NCBI GenBank assembly: GCA_943788175.1
Contig: CALSPG010000006.1
Span: forward strand, 160,001-224,000
Reading direction: 5' to 3'
DNA length: 64,000 nt
From: an uncultured bacterium
Lineage (GTDB): Bacteria; Fidelibacterota; Marinisomatia; Marinisomatales; UBA1611
Shown: positions 18,581 to 29,033 of the stretch, piece after piece
How the letters are laid out: each line of letters starts with the position of its first letter
Numbering within the stretch: position 1 is the first letter of the stretch
Notes under the pieces: generated by a model
Databases searched by the model: none
Told to the model about the DNA's origin: nothing
The model's input: only the letters and a program-made list of their open reading frames with translations
Made by a program: the position numbers and the translations under genes

Positions 18581-20989
18581 ATGGCAGAAGCATTAGATCT
18601 CAACATACCCCTTGGTGAAGGCGGAACAGAATCAGTCGAAAACATTATCAAACCTCTCCTAGAACTCGAAAAGGAGAAGAACAAAATTGATAAAAATGAA
18701 GTTTATACGATTGAAAATTATTATACTGACGACGCCCTAGGCTCAGACGTCTTAAAAAATAAATATCTAGCACCTGGTGAAAAACATCCATATCAAATGT
18801 GGGAAAGACAAGCAAAGGCCTTAGCCGGAGTAGAAAAAACAAACCCCGACAAAGAAAAGTGGGAAGAAAAATTCTACTCAATTCTTGAAGACTTTAGATT
18901 TGTGCCAGGTGGAAGAATTATGCATGGCGCTGGAAGAGAGGACATCACAACCACTTTAAATAACTGTTATGTTGTCGCTGTTAAGGACGATTCAATCAAA
19001 TCAATATATAATACAATTATCGAAGAAGCTTTGACCTATAAATACGGTGGTGGTTGTGGCCATGATTTATCGCTATTGAGACCATCAGGTGCTCCTATTA
19101 ATGGTACTGGGGGGGACTCTTGTGGTCCAACAGGTTTTATGAATCTTTTCAGCGAAAACACAAATACTATTGCACAACATGGTCGAAGAGGTGCAAACAT
19201 GCAAACACTCAGGATTGACCATCCAGACATAGAAAAATTTATCACTATTAAAACTGGTGATATAAACATGGTCAAATATTCTAACATTTCCGTATTGTTA
19301 ACCCATAAATTTATGGACGCTGTTAAGAATGATACTGATTTTGAATTAGTATTTGATGGGCAAGTTTACGAAACAATCAAAGCAACAGATCTCTGGAATA
19401 AAATTATCAGTAGTGCTCATGCAAGTGCTGAACCTGGTTTATTATTTTGGGATACTATGACCGATTATCACAATGCAGAGTACTGCTCGCCACTAGTTTC
19501 TACGAATCCCTGCGCAGAACAACCACTTCCTGATGGCGGATGTTGTAACCTAGGAGCTGTAAATTTGGAACGTTTTGTGGATGAAAATCAAAACTTTATG
19601 GTTGAAGAATTTAAAGAGACTGTTGAAATAGGTACTAGGTTCTTAGACAACGTCGTCGATTATAACTTGGATAGACATGCACTTGAAGATCAGAAAAAAA
19701 ATGCCATGAATGACAGAAGAGTTGGTATGGGCATACTTGGTCTTGGAGATATGCTTGTAAAGATGGGCATTAAATATGATAGTCAAGATGCCATTCAGAC
19801 AATAGACCAAATCATGACGATTTTTAGAGATGCTACGTACGAAACCAGCATAAACCTTGCTAAAGAAAAAGGCCAGTTCCCTCATTTTGATTGGAAAGGA
19901 TATAATAAAAGTAAATTTGTAAAGTCCCTTCCTAAATCATTAAGAGAAAGAATTAAAAATAACGGAATTAGAAATTGCACTCTAACCACAGTTGCTCCTA
20001 CAGGTAGTGGTGCTATAGTTGCAAGAGTAACATCTGGAGTAGAACCAATTTTCGCAACTTCATACAAAAGAATGGTTAAAAAGAACGATGGCGGTTACGG
20101 CAAGGAATTTGATCAATACACAGTATATCACCCAATTATAAAAGAATTATTTGGTACAGATGAAGATTTGCCAGACTATGTTACAACATCTCACAAAATT
20201 GATCCATTCTTTAGGGTAAAAATGCAGGGTACGGTGCAAAAATATATAGATTCTTCTATCTCCTCTACAGTTAATCTAAAAGAAAATACAAGCATAGAAA
20301 CAGTTGCAGATATTTACATGAAAGCCTACGAAAATGGTTTAAAAGGAATTACAGTCTATAGAGAAGGTAGCCGTGAAGGCATTCTAATTACCAATGATGA
20401 CAAAGAGGAAGACAAAAACACTGAAACTAACCTAGGTCAGTCCAAAGAAGTAGAAGGCCAACCACGTATAAGACCTACTCAAACTGCAGGATTAACAAGA
20501 AGAATAAAGACAGGTGAGGGGACTCTTTACATAACTATAAATGAAGATGAGCAAGGTCTATGTGAAGTGTTTACTACCATAGGTAAAGCAGGCGGCAATG
20601 CAGCAGCGCAATCTGAAGCAATAAGTCGACTAATTTCGTTAGCATTAAGATCTGGAGTCAATCCGCAATCAATTGTAAGACAATTAAAAGGTATTTCTGG
20701 TCCGAACCCAACATGGGAAGATGGGAGACTGATACTTTCTACCCCAGATGCAATTGGTAAGGCTCTTGATGATTATTTACATGAAAAAAAACAAAATCCG
20801 CATGATGATGATGGGAAATTATTAATCACGATGGACACAAATAAAGATGAAAAATTAGCAAAAACTATAGATCCAGAAATGATTGCTTCAGCAAAATTAA
20901 TGATGTGCAAAAGTTGTGATAGTAGAAGTGTAGTAAATGAAGGTGGATGTCTGACTTGCCAGAGTTGTGGCTGGTCGAAATGTGACTAA
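18581..20989 (+). CDS. nrdJ: Class II (adenosylcobalamin-dependent) ribonucleotide reductase with TSCPD domain and C-terminal Zn ribbon
   Basis: PGGR, NNCYV, GGGCG, RRGANM, TNPCAEQ, CNLG, VAPTGS, SISSTVN, KGITVYR; CKSC...CQSC; no nrdB partner. Confidence 0.9.
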   Translation: MAEALDLNIPLGEGGTESVENIIKPLLELEKEKNKIDKNEVYTIENYYTDDALGSDVLKNKYLAPGEKHPYQMWERQAKALAGVEKTNPDKEKWEEKFYSILEDFRFVPGGRIMHGAGREDITTTLNNCYVVAVKDDSIKSIYNTIIEEALTYKYGGGCGHDLSLLRPSGAPINGTGGDSCGPTGFMNLFSENTNTIAQHGRRGANMQTLRIDHPDIEKFITIKTGDINMVKYSNISVLLTHKFMDAVKNDTDFELVFDGQVYETIKATDLWNKIISSAHASAEPGLLFWDTMTDYHNAEYCSPLVSTNPCAEQPLPDGGCCNLGAVNLERFVDENQNFMVEEFKETVEIGTRFLDNVVDYNLDRHALEDQKKNAMNDRRVGMGILGLGDMLVKMGIKYDSQDAIQTIDQIMTIFRDATYETSINLAKEKGQFPHFDWKGYNKSKFVKSLPKSLRERIKNNGIRNCTLTTVAPTGSGAIVARVTSGVEPIFATSYKRMVKKNDGGYGKEFDQYTVYHPIIKELFGTDEDLPDYVTTSHKIDPFFRVKMQGTVQKYIDSSISSTVNLKENTSIETVADIYMKAYENGLKGITVYREGSREGILITNDDKEEDKNTETNLGQSKEVEGQPRIRPTQTAGLTRRIKTGEGTLYITINEDEQGLCEVFTTIGKAGGNAAAQSEAISRLISLALRSGVNPQSIVRQLKGISGPNPTWEDGRLILSTPDAIGKALDDYLHEKKQNPHDDDGKLLITMDTNKDEKLAKTIDPEMIASAKLMMCKSCDSRSVVNEGGCLTCQSCGWSKCD

Positions 20990-21015
20990 TAAATATTAAT
21001 CACTAATGGAAAATA

Positions 21016-21573
21016 CTAAACTTCCATTAGCTCTTTTTCTTTATTTTCTTGATGTAGTTCTAAATCCTTAATGTGGCTATCTGTAATTTCTTGTAAATCT
21101 GTCTCACGACCTTTTATTTCATCCTCACTTTCGTTTTCTTTCTTACCATAGTCATGAATTTTATGAAGGGTATCTCTTCTTATATTACGAATGGCGACTT
21201 TTCCATCTTCTATTATTTTGTGGACAAATTTTATTAATTCTTTTCTACGCTCCTCGGATAATGCAGGAATAGGTATAAGTATAGCATTCCCATTATTCCC
21301 AGGAGTATACCCTAAATTTGCGTCTACAATAGCCTTCTCAATTACAGGAATAAGAGATTTTTCGTAAGCCTGCAACGTGATTAACTTCGGTTCAGGAATG
21401 GAGACAGTTGACACCTGATTAAGAGGAGTAGGAGTACCATAATAATCAATAACGATAGAGTCAAATATTTCAGGGTTAGCTCGCCCAGTTCTTATTTTAT
21501 TTAATTCATTTTGCGTATGGTTAACAGCTGAATCCATACGCGAGATAGCGTCTTGGTGAATATTATCTAACAT
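21016..21573 (-). CDS. frr: Ribosome recycling factor
   Basis: IRTGRANP, YYG..TPL, LSEERRKEL, IRNIRRD. Confidence 0.96.
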   Translation of the reverse strand: MLDNIHQDAISRMDSAVNHTQNELNKIRTGRANPEIFDSIVIDYYGTPTPLNQVSTVSIPEPKLITLQAYEKSLIPVIEKAIVDANLGYTPGNNGNAILIPIPALSEERRKELIKFVHKIIEDGKVAIRNIRRDTLHKIHDYGKKENESEDEIKGRETDLQEITDSHIKDLELHQENKEKELMEV

Positions 21574-22289
21574 TATTTGCCTATAGTAGTTCCTATTTTA
21601 CTTCCCATAATTATATCATACAAGCCACCCGACGACTTAATATTGAAAACACGAATTGGAATATTATTTTCATTACATAGTGTAATAGCGGTCATATCCA
21701 TTACACGCAAGTTATCTCGAATAACTTTGTTGTATGTTAAATTTTCATATTTTTTTGCATCAGAATTCTTAATAGGATCCTTATCATAAACACCATCTAC
21801 CTTTGTACCTTTTAAAAGGATTTCTGAACCCAATTCATTTGCCCTTAAGGCAGCTGCAGAATCCGTGGTGAAAAATGGGTTTCCAGTCCCTCCAGCAATA
21901 ATTACAATTCGTCCTTTTTCCATATGCCTGATTGCGCGCCTTCGAATATAGGGTTCCGCTATTTGTGTTACATTAATTGCTGATAGAGCTCTAGTCTCGC
22001 ACCCAACTTTTTCCAATGCATCTTGCAACGCTATAGCATTCATGATCGTCGCTAGCATGCCAAGATAATCACCTGTGACTCTATCCATTCCACCAGCGCT
22101 AGCTTCCAATCCTCTAAAAATATTACCAGCACCAATAATCAAACCAATTTTAACATTGGCATCGTATACAGGTTTTATCTGTTGAGCTAGGTAAAGGACT
22201 TTTTCAGGATCAATACCGAAACCATGCTTATCGGCTAATACTTCACCGCTGAGTTTTAATAAAATTCGACTGAAAGCTGGTTCAGACAT
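21573..22289 (-). CDS. pyrH: UMP kinase
   Basis: LLKLSGE, GAGNIFRG, GTGNPFFTTD, KVDGVYDKDP. Confidence 0.97.
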   Translation of the reverse strand: MSEPAFSRILLKLSGEVLADKHGFGIDPEKVLYLAQQIKPVYDANVKIGLIIGAGNIFRGLEASAGGMDRVTGDYLGMLATIMNAIALQDALEKVGCETRALSAINVTQIAEPYIRRRAIRHMEKGRIVIIAGGTGNPFFTTDSAAALRANELGSEILLKGTKVDGVYDKDPIKNSDAKKYENLTYNKVIRDNLRVMDMTAITLCNENNIPIRVFNIKSSGGLYDIIMGSKIGTTIGK

Positions 22290-22309
22290 TTTTTAAAAAA
22301 AGAAAAAAC

Positions 22310-22918
22310 CTAATTTTGAGGATTTGACTCACCAACTGCAAAACGGGTGAATTGACTGATGGTAATATTTTCACCAAGAGTAGCAATTGTTTCAGTCATT
22401 AAATCAACTACCTTCTTGTCAGAATCTTTTATATATGCCTGTTCCATTAAACAATTTTCTTGATAGAACTTTGAAAGTCTTCCCTCAACCATTTTTTCAA
22501 TAATATTATCCGGTTTTCCCGAAGATTTTGCCTGATCAGTATAAATTTCTTTTTCTTTTTTAATTACATCTGTGGATACAGAATCTTTATCAAGAGATAT
22601 CGGATTCGTAGCCGCTATTTGCATAGCAAGGTTGTGAGCCAATTCAATGAAACCATCTGTCTTAGCTACAAAATCAGTTTCACAATTGACTTCGATCATT
22701 ACACCTAGCCTTCCACCTGCATGAATATATGAATAGACTAGGCCTTCCTTAGTCTCACGCTCACCTTTTTTTTCGGCCTTAGCAGCACCTGATTTTCTGA
22801 GATAGTCAACCGCACTGTCTACATCACCATTAGACTCAGTAAGGGCATTCTTACAATCCATCATTCCAGCACCCGTTTTATCTCTTAATCGCTTTACAGT
22901 TTTAGCATCTATTGCCAT
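22310..22918 (-). CDS. tsf: Elongation factor Ts (short form)
   Basis: LRDKTGAGMMDCK, EVNCETDFVA. Confidence 0.96.
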   Translation of the reverse strand: MAIDAKTVKRLRDKTGAGMMDCKNALTESNGDVDSAVDYLRKSGAAKAEKKGERETKEGLVYSYIHAGGRLGVMIEVNCETDFVAKTDGFIELAHNLAMQIAATNPISLDKDSVSTDVIKKEKEIYTDQAKSSGKPDNIIEKMVEGRLSKFYQENCLMEQAYIKDSDKKVVDLMTETIATLGENITISQFTRFAVGESNPQN

Positions 22919-22921
22919 AGA

Positions 22922-23692
22922 TTATTCCTCTTCGCCTTTTGCTTTTACAGGAGCTATAATTTTTGGCGTACTATTAGTAGTTTTATCTGTAGAGTCATCC
23001 TTCTCATCCTTATTCGTACCAGTTATCTCTAAAATTGAATCTGCAATGCAGCCTACAATAAGTTGGATTGTTCTCAAAGAGTCATCATTAGCAGGAATCG
23101 GGAAATCAATTTTATTAGGATCTGTATTGGAATCAACTATTGCTACCGTAGGTATATTCATACTAGTGGCTTCTTTAATAGCGGTCGCTTCGTACTGACT
23201 ATCTACAACGACAACAGCATCTGGCGGTTTTCTCATATCTTTAATACCTCTATGCTGGTCAGAAAGTTTAACTTTCTCCCTATTAAGCATCTGAGTTTCT
23301 TTTTTTGTAAGGTTTTCGTAAAGATTTGAACCCTCTTTTTCCAACATTTTTAGTCTTTTTATACTTTTTTTGATAGTTGTAAAGTTCGTTAGAGATCCAC
23401 CTAGCCATCTTTCAACAATATAAAACATTCCACACCTATCAGCCTCTTGCTGAACAATATCCTTGGCTTGCTTTTTTGTACCTATAAACAATATTTCACC
23501 ATTTTTCTTGACGATACCTTGGAGAAAATTCATAGCTTTATCAAAAGCGGCAATTGTTTCTTCTAAGTTAATGATGTGAACACCATTTTTTTCCATTAAA
23601 ACATATGGTTTATAATTAGGATGCCATTTTCTCGTCACATGACCGAAATGTGCTCCTGTATCAATTAAATCTTCAAATTTTATGAGTGCCAT
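22922..23692 (-). CDS. rpsB: 30S ribosomal protein S2
   Basis: GAHFGH, GTKKQA, RWLGG.LTN, IPANDD. Confidence 0.97.
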   Translation of the reverse strand: MALIKFEDLIDTGAHFGHVTRKWHPNYKPYVLMEKNGVHIINLEETIAAFDKAMNFLQGIVKKNGEILFIGTKKQAKDIVQQEADRCGMFYIVERWLGGSLTNFTTIKKSIKRLKMLEKEGSNLYENLTKKETQMLNREKVKLSDQHRGIKDMRKPPDAVVVVDSQYEATAIKEATSMNIPTVAIVDSNTDPNKIDFPIPANDDSLRTIQLIVGCIADSILEITGTNKDEKDDSTDKTTNSTPKIIAPVKAKGEEE

Positions 23693-23702
23693 ATGTTTGT
23701 TC

Positions 23703-24101
23703 TTATCTTTTAGAAAATTGAAACTTTTTTCTCGCGCCAGGTTGCCCAGGCTTTTGTCTCTCTACTTTACGAGAATCTCTTGTTAATAAGCCATTAGACT
23801 TTAAAATTGGCCTATCTTCAGGTGTAGCAGAAATGAGAGCTCGGGAAATACCAAGTCTGATTGCGCCGGCTTGCCCTGAAAGACCCCCACCTTTAACATT
23901 AACAGAAATGTCATATTCTTTATTTTTATCAAGCGCAGCAAGAGGCTGTTTAACCATAGTAGCTAAACTTTCTCTTGGAACATAATTATCAAGAGCGACG
24001 CCATTAATCTCAATGTTTCCCTTACCTGGGGATGTTAAGGTGACTCTCGCTACTGAACTCTTTCTTCTACCTGTTCCATTAAATTTTGATTTTTCTGCCA
24101 T
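23703..24101 (-). CDS. rpsI: 30S ribosomal protein S9
   Basis: [29 protein letters not shown]. Confidence 0.97.
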   Translation of the reverse strand: MAEKSKFNGTGRRKSSVARVTLTSPGKGNIEINGVALDNYVPRESLATMVKQPLAALDKNKEYDISVNVKGGGLSGQAGAIRLGISRALISATPEDRPILKSNGLLTRDSRKVERQKPGQPGARKKFQFSKR

Positions 24102-24102
24102 T

Positions 24103-24531
24103 TTATAACTCTATTGTTTTTGGGGATTGTGCTTCATGAGGATGATTCGTTCCAGTGTAAACCTTAAGATGCGAGAACATTCGCCTACCAAGTTTATTGC
24201 TTGGTAACATACCCTTAACTGCTTTTTCAATTATTCTTTCAGGGTAAGTTCTTCTCATATGAGCAAGACTAGTCGTTTTTACACCACCAACATAGCCAGT
24301 ATGTCTAAAATAAGTTTTTTGTTCCTCTTTATTACCAGTCACAACCACTTTCTCAGCATTAACAACTACGACACAGTCACCATTGTCCATGTGAGGAACA
24401 TAATTGACTTTATGTTTTCCTTTAAGAATTTGAGCAATTTTACTTGCCAATCTACCCAATACTTGCGAATCTGCATCTGCAATCCACCAGTTCTTCTCTA
24501 TTTCTGATATTTTAAGTGTTCTTGTCTTCAT
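24103..24531 (-). CDS. rplM: 50S ribosomal protein L13
   Basis: [34 protein letters not shown]; start moved to ATG 24531 (MKT). Confidence 0.96.
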   Translation of the reverse strand: MKTRTLKISEIEKNWWIADADSQVLGRLASKIAQILKGKHKVNYVPHMDNGDCVVVVNAEKVVVTGNKEEQKTYFRHTGYVGGVKTTSLAHMRRTYPERIIEKAVKGMLPSNKLGRRMFSHLKVYTGTNHPHEAQSPKTIEL

Positions 24532-24624
24532 ATTTAAAACATTTAAGCCTGCGAACTTAATTAATTGATTAGTTGATTTCAATCATTATTACAAAGAAAA
24601 TTGAAATATCTTAGTTTTATCAGT

Positions 24625-25917
24625 TTATAAAGTAGTGGCTATCTGCCCACTTGAAATAGTATACTTTACCCGACCTGACAACTCTTGGTTTATAAAAGGA
24701 GAATTTTTTGATTTAGACTCGATATTTTTTTCTTGAAAAGTCCATCGCTCTTCATCGTCAAAAATAACTAATTCTGCCTCTTTGCCTATTTCAAGTAAAT
24801 TATTATCAAATCCCATTATTTTTCTTGGCGAAATTGTAAGTAGCTTAATTATATCAACTAAGCTTAAACCCTCTTCATCAGCAAGTATTTTTTTCACAAC
24901 TCCAAAACAAGACTCCAAGCCAATTAATCCACAAGTGGCTAAATCAAAAGTTGTCTCTTTATCATGTGCGGTATGAGGCGCATGATCTGTAGCGATACAA
25001 TCAATTGTTCCATTTTTTATGCCTTTTATTAACGCTTCTCTAGATAATGGATCTCTAATCGGTGGCGCAACTTTTAAATTCGTATTATAATCTTCAAGGT
25101 ACTCATCATTATAAAATAAATGATGAGGAGTTACCTCAGCAGTAATTTTATCATAAGCATTCTTCATCTCATTAATATATTTAACAGAGTCTGCTGTACT
25201 CACATGCGGAATGTGCAGCCTAGCACCTGTAAGCTCAGCTAATTTTAAATCTCGAAAAACCATAATTGATTCTGCAATACTTGGGTTACCCACTAATCCA
25301 AGCCTTGTCGAGACCCTACCTTCATTCATTAGGCCCTCTGCTCTAAGACACTCATCTTCAGCATGATTAATTATTGGAAGTCCGAACATCTTTGAATACT
25401 CTAATGCCTTCCGCATAACCAAACCATTTTGGACTGGTAAACCATCATCACTAAACGCAACCGCACCGGCTTGATGCATTAGACCCATTTCGCTTAACTC
25501 AACACCATGCTGCCCTTTTGTTACTGATCCTATTGGGTGAATATGAACAGGCAGCGGCTTTGACTTTTCTATTATATAATTTATGGATTCCGGGTTGTCT
25601 ACTGTTGGTTGAGTATTAGGCATTGTACAAACCCTGGTAAAGCCACCGGCTAACGCCGACATAGAACCTGACTCAAGTGTCTCCTTATCCCCATTTCCTG
25701 GATCTCTAAAATGAACATGTAAATCACAAAACCCATGTGTTAAAGTCAGACCACTACAATCTATGGTTGTAATTGCATCGAGGTCTCGGATTCTGCCTAT
25801 TTCTGCTATTTTCCCTTCTACCAATAAAATATCGGCTATTGATTGACTTTCTTTTAGAGGATCAACTACCGTGGCATTTTTTAACAAAACTTTATTATCT
25901 AATTTATTAACCTTCAT
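24625..25917 (-). CDS. pyrC: Dihydroorotase (type I)
   Basis: DLHVHFRDPG, MPNT, HAED, HVST, ATDHAPH. Confidence 0.93.
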   Translation of the reverse strand: MKVNKLDNKVLLKNATVVDPLKESQSIADILLVEGKIAEIGRIRDLDAITTIDCSGLTLTHGFCDLHVHFRDPGNGDKETLESGSMSALAGGFTRVCTMPNTQPTVDNPESINYIIEKSKPLPVHIHPIGSVTKGQHGVELSEMGLMHQAGAVAFSDDGLPVQNGLVMRKALEYSKMFGLPIINHAEDECLRAEGLMNEGRVSTRLGLVGNPSIAESIMVFRDLKLAELTGARLHIPHVSTADSVKYINEMKNAYDKITAEVTPHHLFYNDEYLEDYNTNLKVAPPIRDPLSREALIKGIKNGTIDCIATDHAPHTAHDKETTFDLATCGLIGLESCFGVVKKILADEEGLSLVDIIKLLTISPRKIMGFDNNLLEIGKEAELVIFDDEERWTFQEKNIESKSKNSPFINQELSGRVKYTISSGQIATTL

Positions 25918-26845
25918 TTGCACTCTCATCTTTAACCCCTAAAAGCAAATATAGAATTGACATTCTTGAGGCTACACCATTAAGAACTTGATCTAATATT
26001 ATTGCTTGGTCACTATCTGCAACTTCACTATCGATTTCAACACCTCTATTCATTGGACCAGGATGCATAATTGCTAATTCTTTTTTTCTTCGATTAATTC
26101 TTTCAGAAGTAACACCAAACAATCTTCGGTATTCTCTATTTGATGGAACAAGTCCTATACCCATCCTTTCTCTTTGAATTCTAAGAATATTTACAGCATC
26201 TGCCCACTCGATAACTTCGTCAATATCATAATTTACTTTTACTCCAAGATCACTAATATTTTCAGGAATTAAATTAGCCGGACCACAAACCGTCACATTT
26301 GCCCCCATTGAAATAAGACCATACATATTACTTCTTGCTACTCTACTATGATTAATATCTCCAATAATTGCAATGTTAAGATCTTTTATTTTACCAAATT
26401 TTTCTTGAATGCTCATCATGTCTAAGATTGCTTGAGTGGGGTGCTCGTGAGTGCCATCGCCAGCATTTACAACTTTCGCATCTATAAATTCAGTAAGATG
26501 TTTAGAAGACCCTGGAGCAGGGTGTCTCATAACTACAGCATCTATTTTCATAGCTTCAATATTTTGTGCAGTATCTTTAAAACTTTCACCTTTTTTTAAA
26601 CTACTTGTTGAGGCTGAGAAGTTGACAGTATCCGCACTCAACCTCTTTTGGGCAAGTTCAAAGCTTATTCTTGTTCGTGTTGAATTTTCAAAAAATAAAT
26701 TAACAATCGTCACTCCCTGGAGTGATGGTACTTTTTTTATGGGCCGGTTTAGCACCTCTTTAAATTCGAATGCAGTATCAATTATTTTTTGAATATCTTC
26801 TCTTGGAAAATTTTCTAAACCTAAAAAGTGCTTATGGTCAAACAT
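25907..26845 (-). CDS. pyrB: Aspartate carbamoyltransferase catalytic subunit
   Basis: FFENSTRT, HEHPTQA, HSRVARSN, MHPGPMNRG. Confidence 0.96.
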   Translation of the reverse strand: MFDHKHFLGLENFPREDIQKIIDTAFEFKEVLNRPIKKVPSLQGVTIVNLFFENSTRTRISFELAQKRLSADTVNFSASTSSLKKGESFKDTAQNIEAMKIDAVVMRHPAPGSSKHLTEFIDAKVVNAGDGTHEHPTQAILDMMSIQEKFGKIKDLNIAIIGDINHSRVARSNMYGLISMGANVTVCGPANLIPENISDLGVKVNYDIDEVIEWADAVNILRIQRERMGIGLVPSNREYRRLFGVTSERINRRKKELAIMHPGPMNRGVEIDSEVADSDQAIILDQVLNGVASRMSILYLLLGVKDESANEG

Positions 26846-27387
26846 TATCCATCTCCAAATATTAAAAATACACCTTCATCGTTGTCTGACTCTTTTAATT
26901 TAACTTCTACATGTTCACCATCATTAGTGGGAATATTTTTACCCACAAAGTCAGCTCTAATAGGAACCTCTCTATGCCCTCTATCAATAAGCACGGCTAA
27001 GGCAACAATTGAAGGACGGCCAAAACTGTTGATTTCGTCAAGTGCTGCTCTAACTGTTCGGCCAGAGAAGAGAACATCATCAACTAGAACTACAATTTTC
27101 TCATCTAAATTAAAATTTATATCTGTGCCTTTGATTTCTGGCATAGTGAGTCGCTCTCTAAAATCATCTCTATGAAATGTAATATCTAAGGAACCCATAG
27201 GTACATCAATATCTGTAAGATTCTTCATAAACTTTTTTAATCTTTGAGCAATAGGAACACCTCTATTATGAATACCCAGAAGTACTATCCTAGATATATC
27301 ACTATAGTTTTCAACAATTTCATGTCCTATACGTATTATTTTTCTAGAAATATCACTAGATGTTAATATTTGTTTATTTTTGTTCAT
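26845..27387 (-). CDS. pyrR: Bifunctional pyrimidine regulator / uracil PRTase PyrR
   Basis: LDITFHRDD, VDDVLFSGRTVRAA, DRGHREVPIRADFVG. Confidence 0.95.
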   Translation of the reverse strand: MNKNKQILTSSDISRKIIRIGHEIVENYSDISRIVLLGIHNRGVPIAQRLKKFMKNLTDIDVPMGSLDITFHRDDFRERLTMPEIKGTDINFNLDEKIVVLVDDVLFSGRTVRAALDEINSFGRPSIVALAVLIDRGHREVPIRADFVGKNIPTNDGEHVEVKLKESDNDEGVFLIFGDG

Positions 27388-27437
27388 TACTTAAAAAAAT
27401 TACAAAGTCAAGGAGAGCATAAAACGAATTTGAATTT

Positions 27438-27468
27438 CCTTTTTAGTCTCTCTGTACTATTTTAAAGG
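27438..27468 (-). promoter_or_regulatory. PyrR-binding RNA leader (attenuator)
   Basis: CCTTTAAAATAGTACAGAGAGACTAAAAAGG matches the PyrR loop CUUUAA...AGUCCnGnGAGGCU...AAGG; lies directly upstream of pyrRBC. Confidence 0.8.
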
Positions 27469-27523
27469 TATTATTCTTGATAAATGTTACAAAAAAAACG
27501 AATACCAAAAAACTATAAATGAA

Positions 27524-28462
27524 TTAATCAATGTAACTGCTTCTGTATATGTCACTAATATGTAAACCAAGCTCTTTTAAATCTAAGTTTGTAGTATCAA
27601 CCGTAAGGTTTACACATTCTTTTTTGAACCATTGATTTTGCTTCCTAGCATACTGCCAAGTTTTATTAACGATGATATCAAACAATTCATTTTTATCTAT
27701 TTTCCCCTCTAAATAATCTGAAATTTGTTTATAACCAATTGAGTTGAGAGCTGGGAATGGAATATTTTTTTTATTCTTTAGAGCAATCAAGTTTTCAACT
27801 TCTTTTATCCATCCATTGTCTAGCATTTTTAATGCCCTGTCTTTAATGATTTTTCTGTGATCATCCCTTTTTAAAACCAAAAAAACAGTAAACAAATCTA
27901 GCTTTTTGGATTGATTCATTTTTTGATTGTCAAAGTGCTTTGTGGGAGGAATTCTACTAATTTGATATATTTCGAGTGCTCGAACTAATCGTTTTTTATT
28001 ATTTATGTGAACAATTTTGGAATATACTGGATCAATTTTTTTTAATTTTTCGTATAAAAATTCGGGATTGTCATCATACTCTTTTTCTAAATTTGATCTT
28101 ATCAAACTATTCGAGCAACTTTTATCAAAAATACCGCGCGTTATTGCACGGTAATATAGGCCTGCTCCTCCGATAATAATCGGAGTAAACCCGCCATCAA
28201 TAACATCCTTTACTTTTGATAAAACCATATCAGAATATTTACCAGCAGATACGATTTCATTAGGATCCTTGATGCCAATAAGGTGATGTTTAATTGACAT
28301 CATCTCATCTTTACTGGGCTGAGCTGTCCCAATTGGCATTTTCTTATATATTTGCCTAGAATCGAGTCCAATTATTTGACCATTTATATCTTTTGCTATT
28401 CTGATACCCAGCTCAGTTTTACCAATAGCAGTTGGTCCAATTATAGTTAATATTTTTTTCAA
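27524..28462 (-). CDS. miaA: tRNA dimethylallyltransferase
   Basis: GPTAIGKT, DSRQIY, IGTA, GGAGLY, RALE, IGYKQ, YARKQ..WF. Confidence 0.95.
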   Translation of the reverse strand: MKKILTIIGPTAIGKTELGIRIAKDINGQIIGLDSRQIYKKMPIGTAQPSKDEMMSIKHHLIGIKDPNEIVSAGKYSDMVLSKVKDVIDGGFTPIIIGGAGLYYRAITRGIFDKSCSNSLIRSNLEKEYDDNPEFLYEKLKKIDPVYSKIVHINNKKRLVRALEIYQISRIPPTKHFDNQKMNQSKKLDLFTVFLVLKRDDHRKIIKDRALKMLDNGWIKEVENLIALKNKKNIPFPALNSIGYKQISDYLEGKIDKNELFDIIVNKTWQYARKQNQWFKKECVNLTVDTTNLDLKELGLHISDIYRSSYID

Positions 28463-28538
28463 TTAATTAATTGCTATTTTTACAAAAAAGTTAAATCAAT
28501 GTACAAACCTTGCATTAAAATATGCATAAATTTTATTA

Positions 28539-29033
28539 ATGGGTAAGCGTAGTATTATAATTTTTCGTCACGGTAAATCTGATTGGGACGCAACATATAG
28601 CAAAGATCATGATAGACCATTATCTTCTAGAGGAATAGAAGCATCAAAAAAAATGGGCCGTTTTTTGAAAGACATAAAGACGATACCTGATATTATTATT
28701 TCATCAACTGCGGTGAGGACAAAAACGACTGCAGAGCTTGCAATTAAGTATGGAGGTTGGTCATCACATTTTATTACGGATAACAGAATTTATGGCTGTT
28801 CTTCAAATTTCTTATTAGAACTTACTCATCTTTTAGATGACTCAAATAGTACAGCTTGTTTTGTTGGTCATGAACCTACATGCTCAAGCTTTATTTCGTT
28901 GTGCACTTTTCAAAGCGAGAAATTTAAAACAGCAAGCATGGCAAAAATTGATTTTAATTGTGATACTTGGGAAGAAGTTAAATTCGGAAAAGGAAACCTT
29001 GACTGGATAAAATCTCCTAAGGATATATCTTAA
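28539..29033 (+). CDS. SixA-like histidine phosphatase
   Basis: RHGKSDW, DHDRPL, SSTAVRT..TA, VGHEP. Confidence 0.88.
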   Translation: MGKRSIIIFRHGKSDWDATYSKDHDRPLSSRGIEASKKMGRFLKDIKTIPDIIISSTAVRTKTTAELAIKYGGWSSHFITDNRIYGCSSNFLLELTHLLDDSNSTACFVGHEPTCSSFISLCTFQSEKFKTASMAKIDFNCDTWEEVKFGKGNLDWIKSPKDIS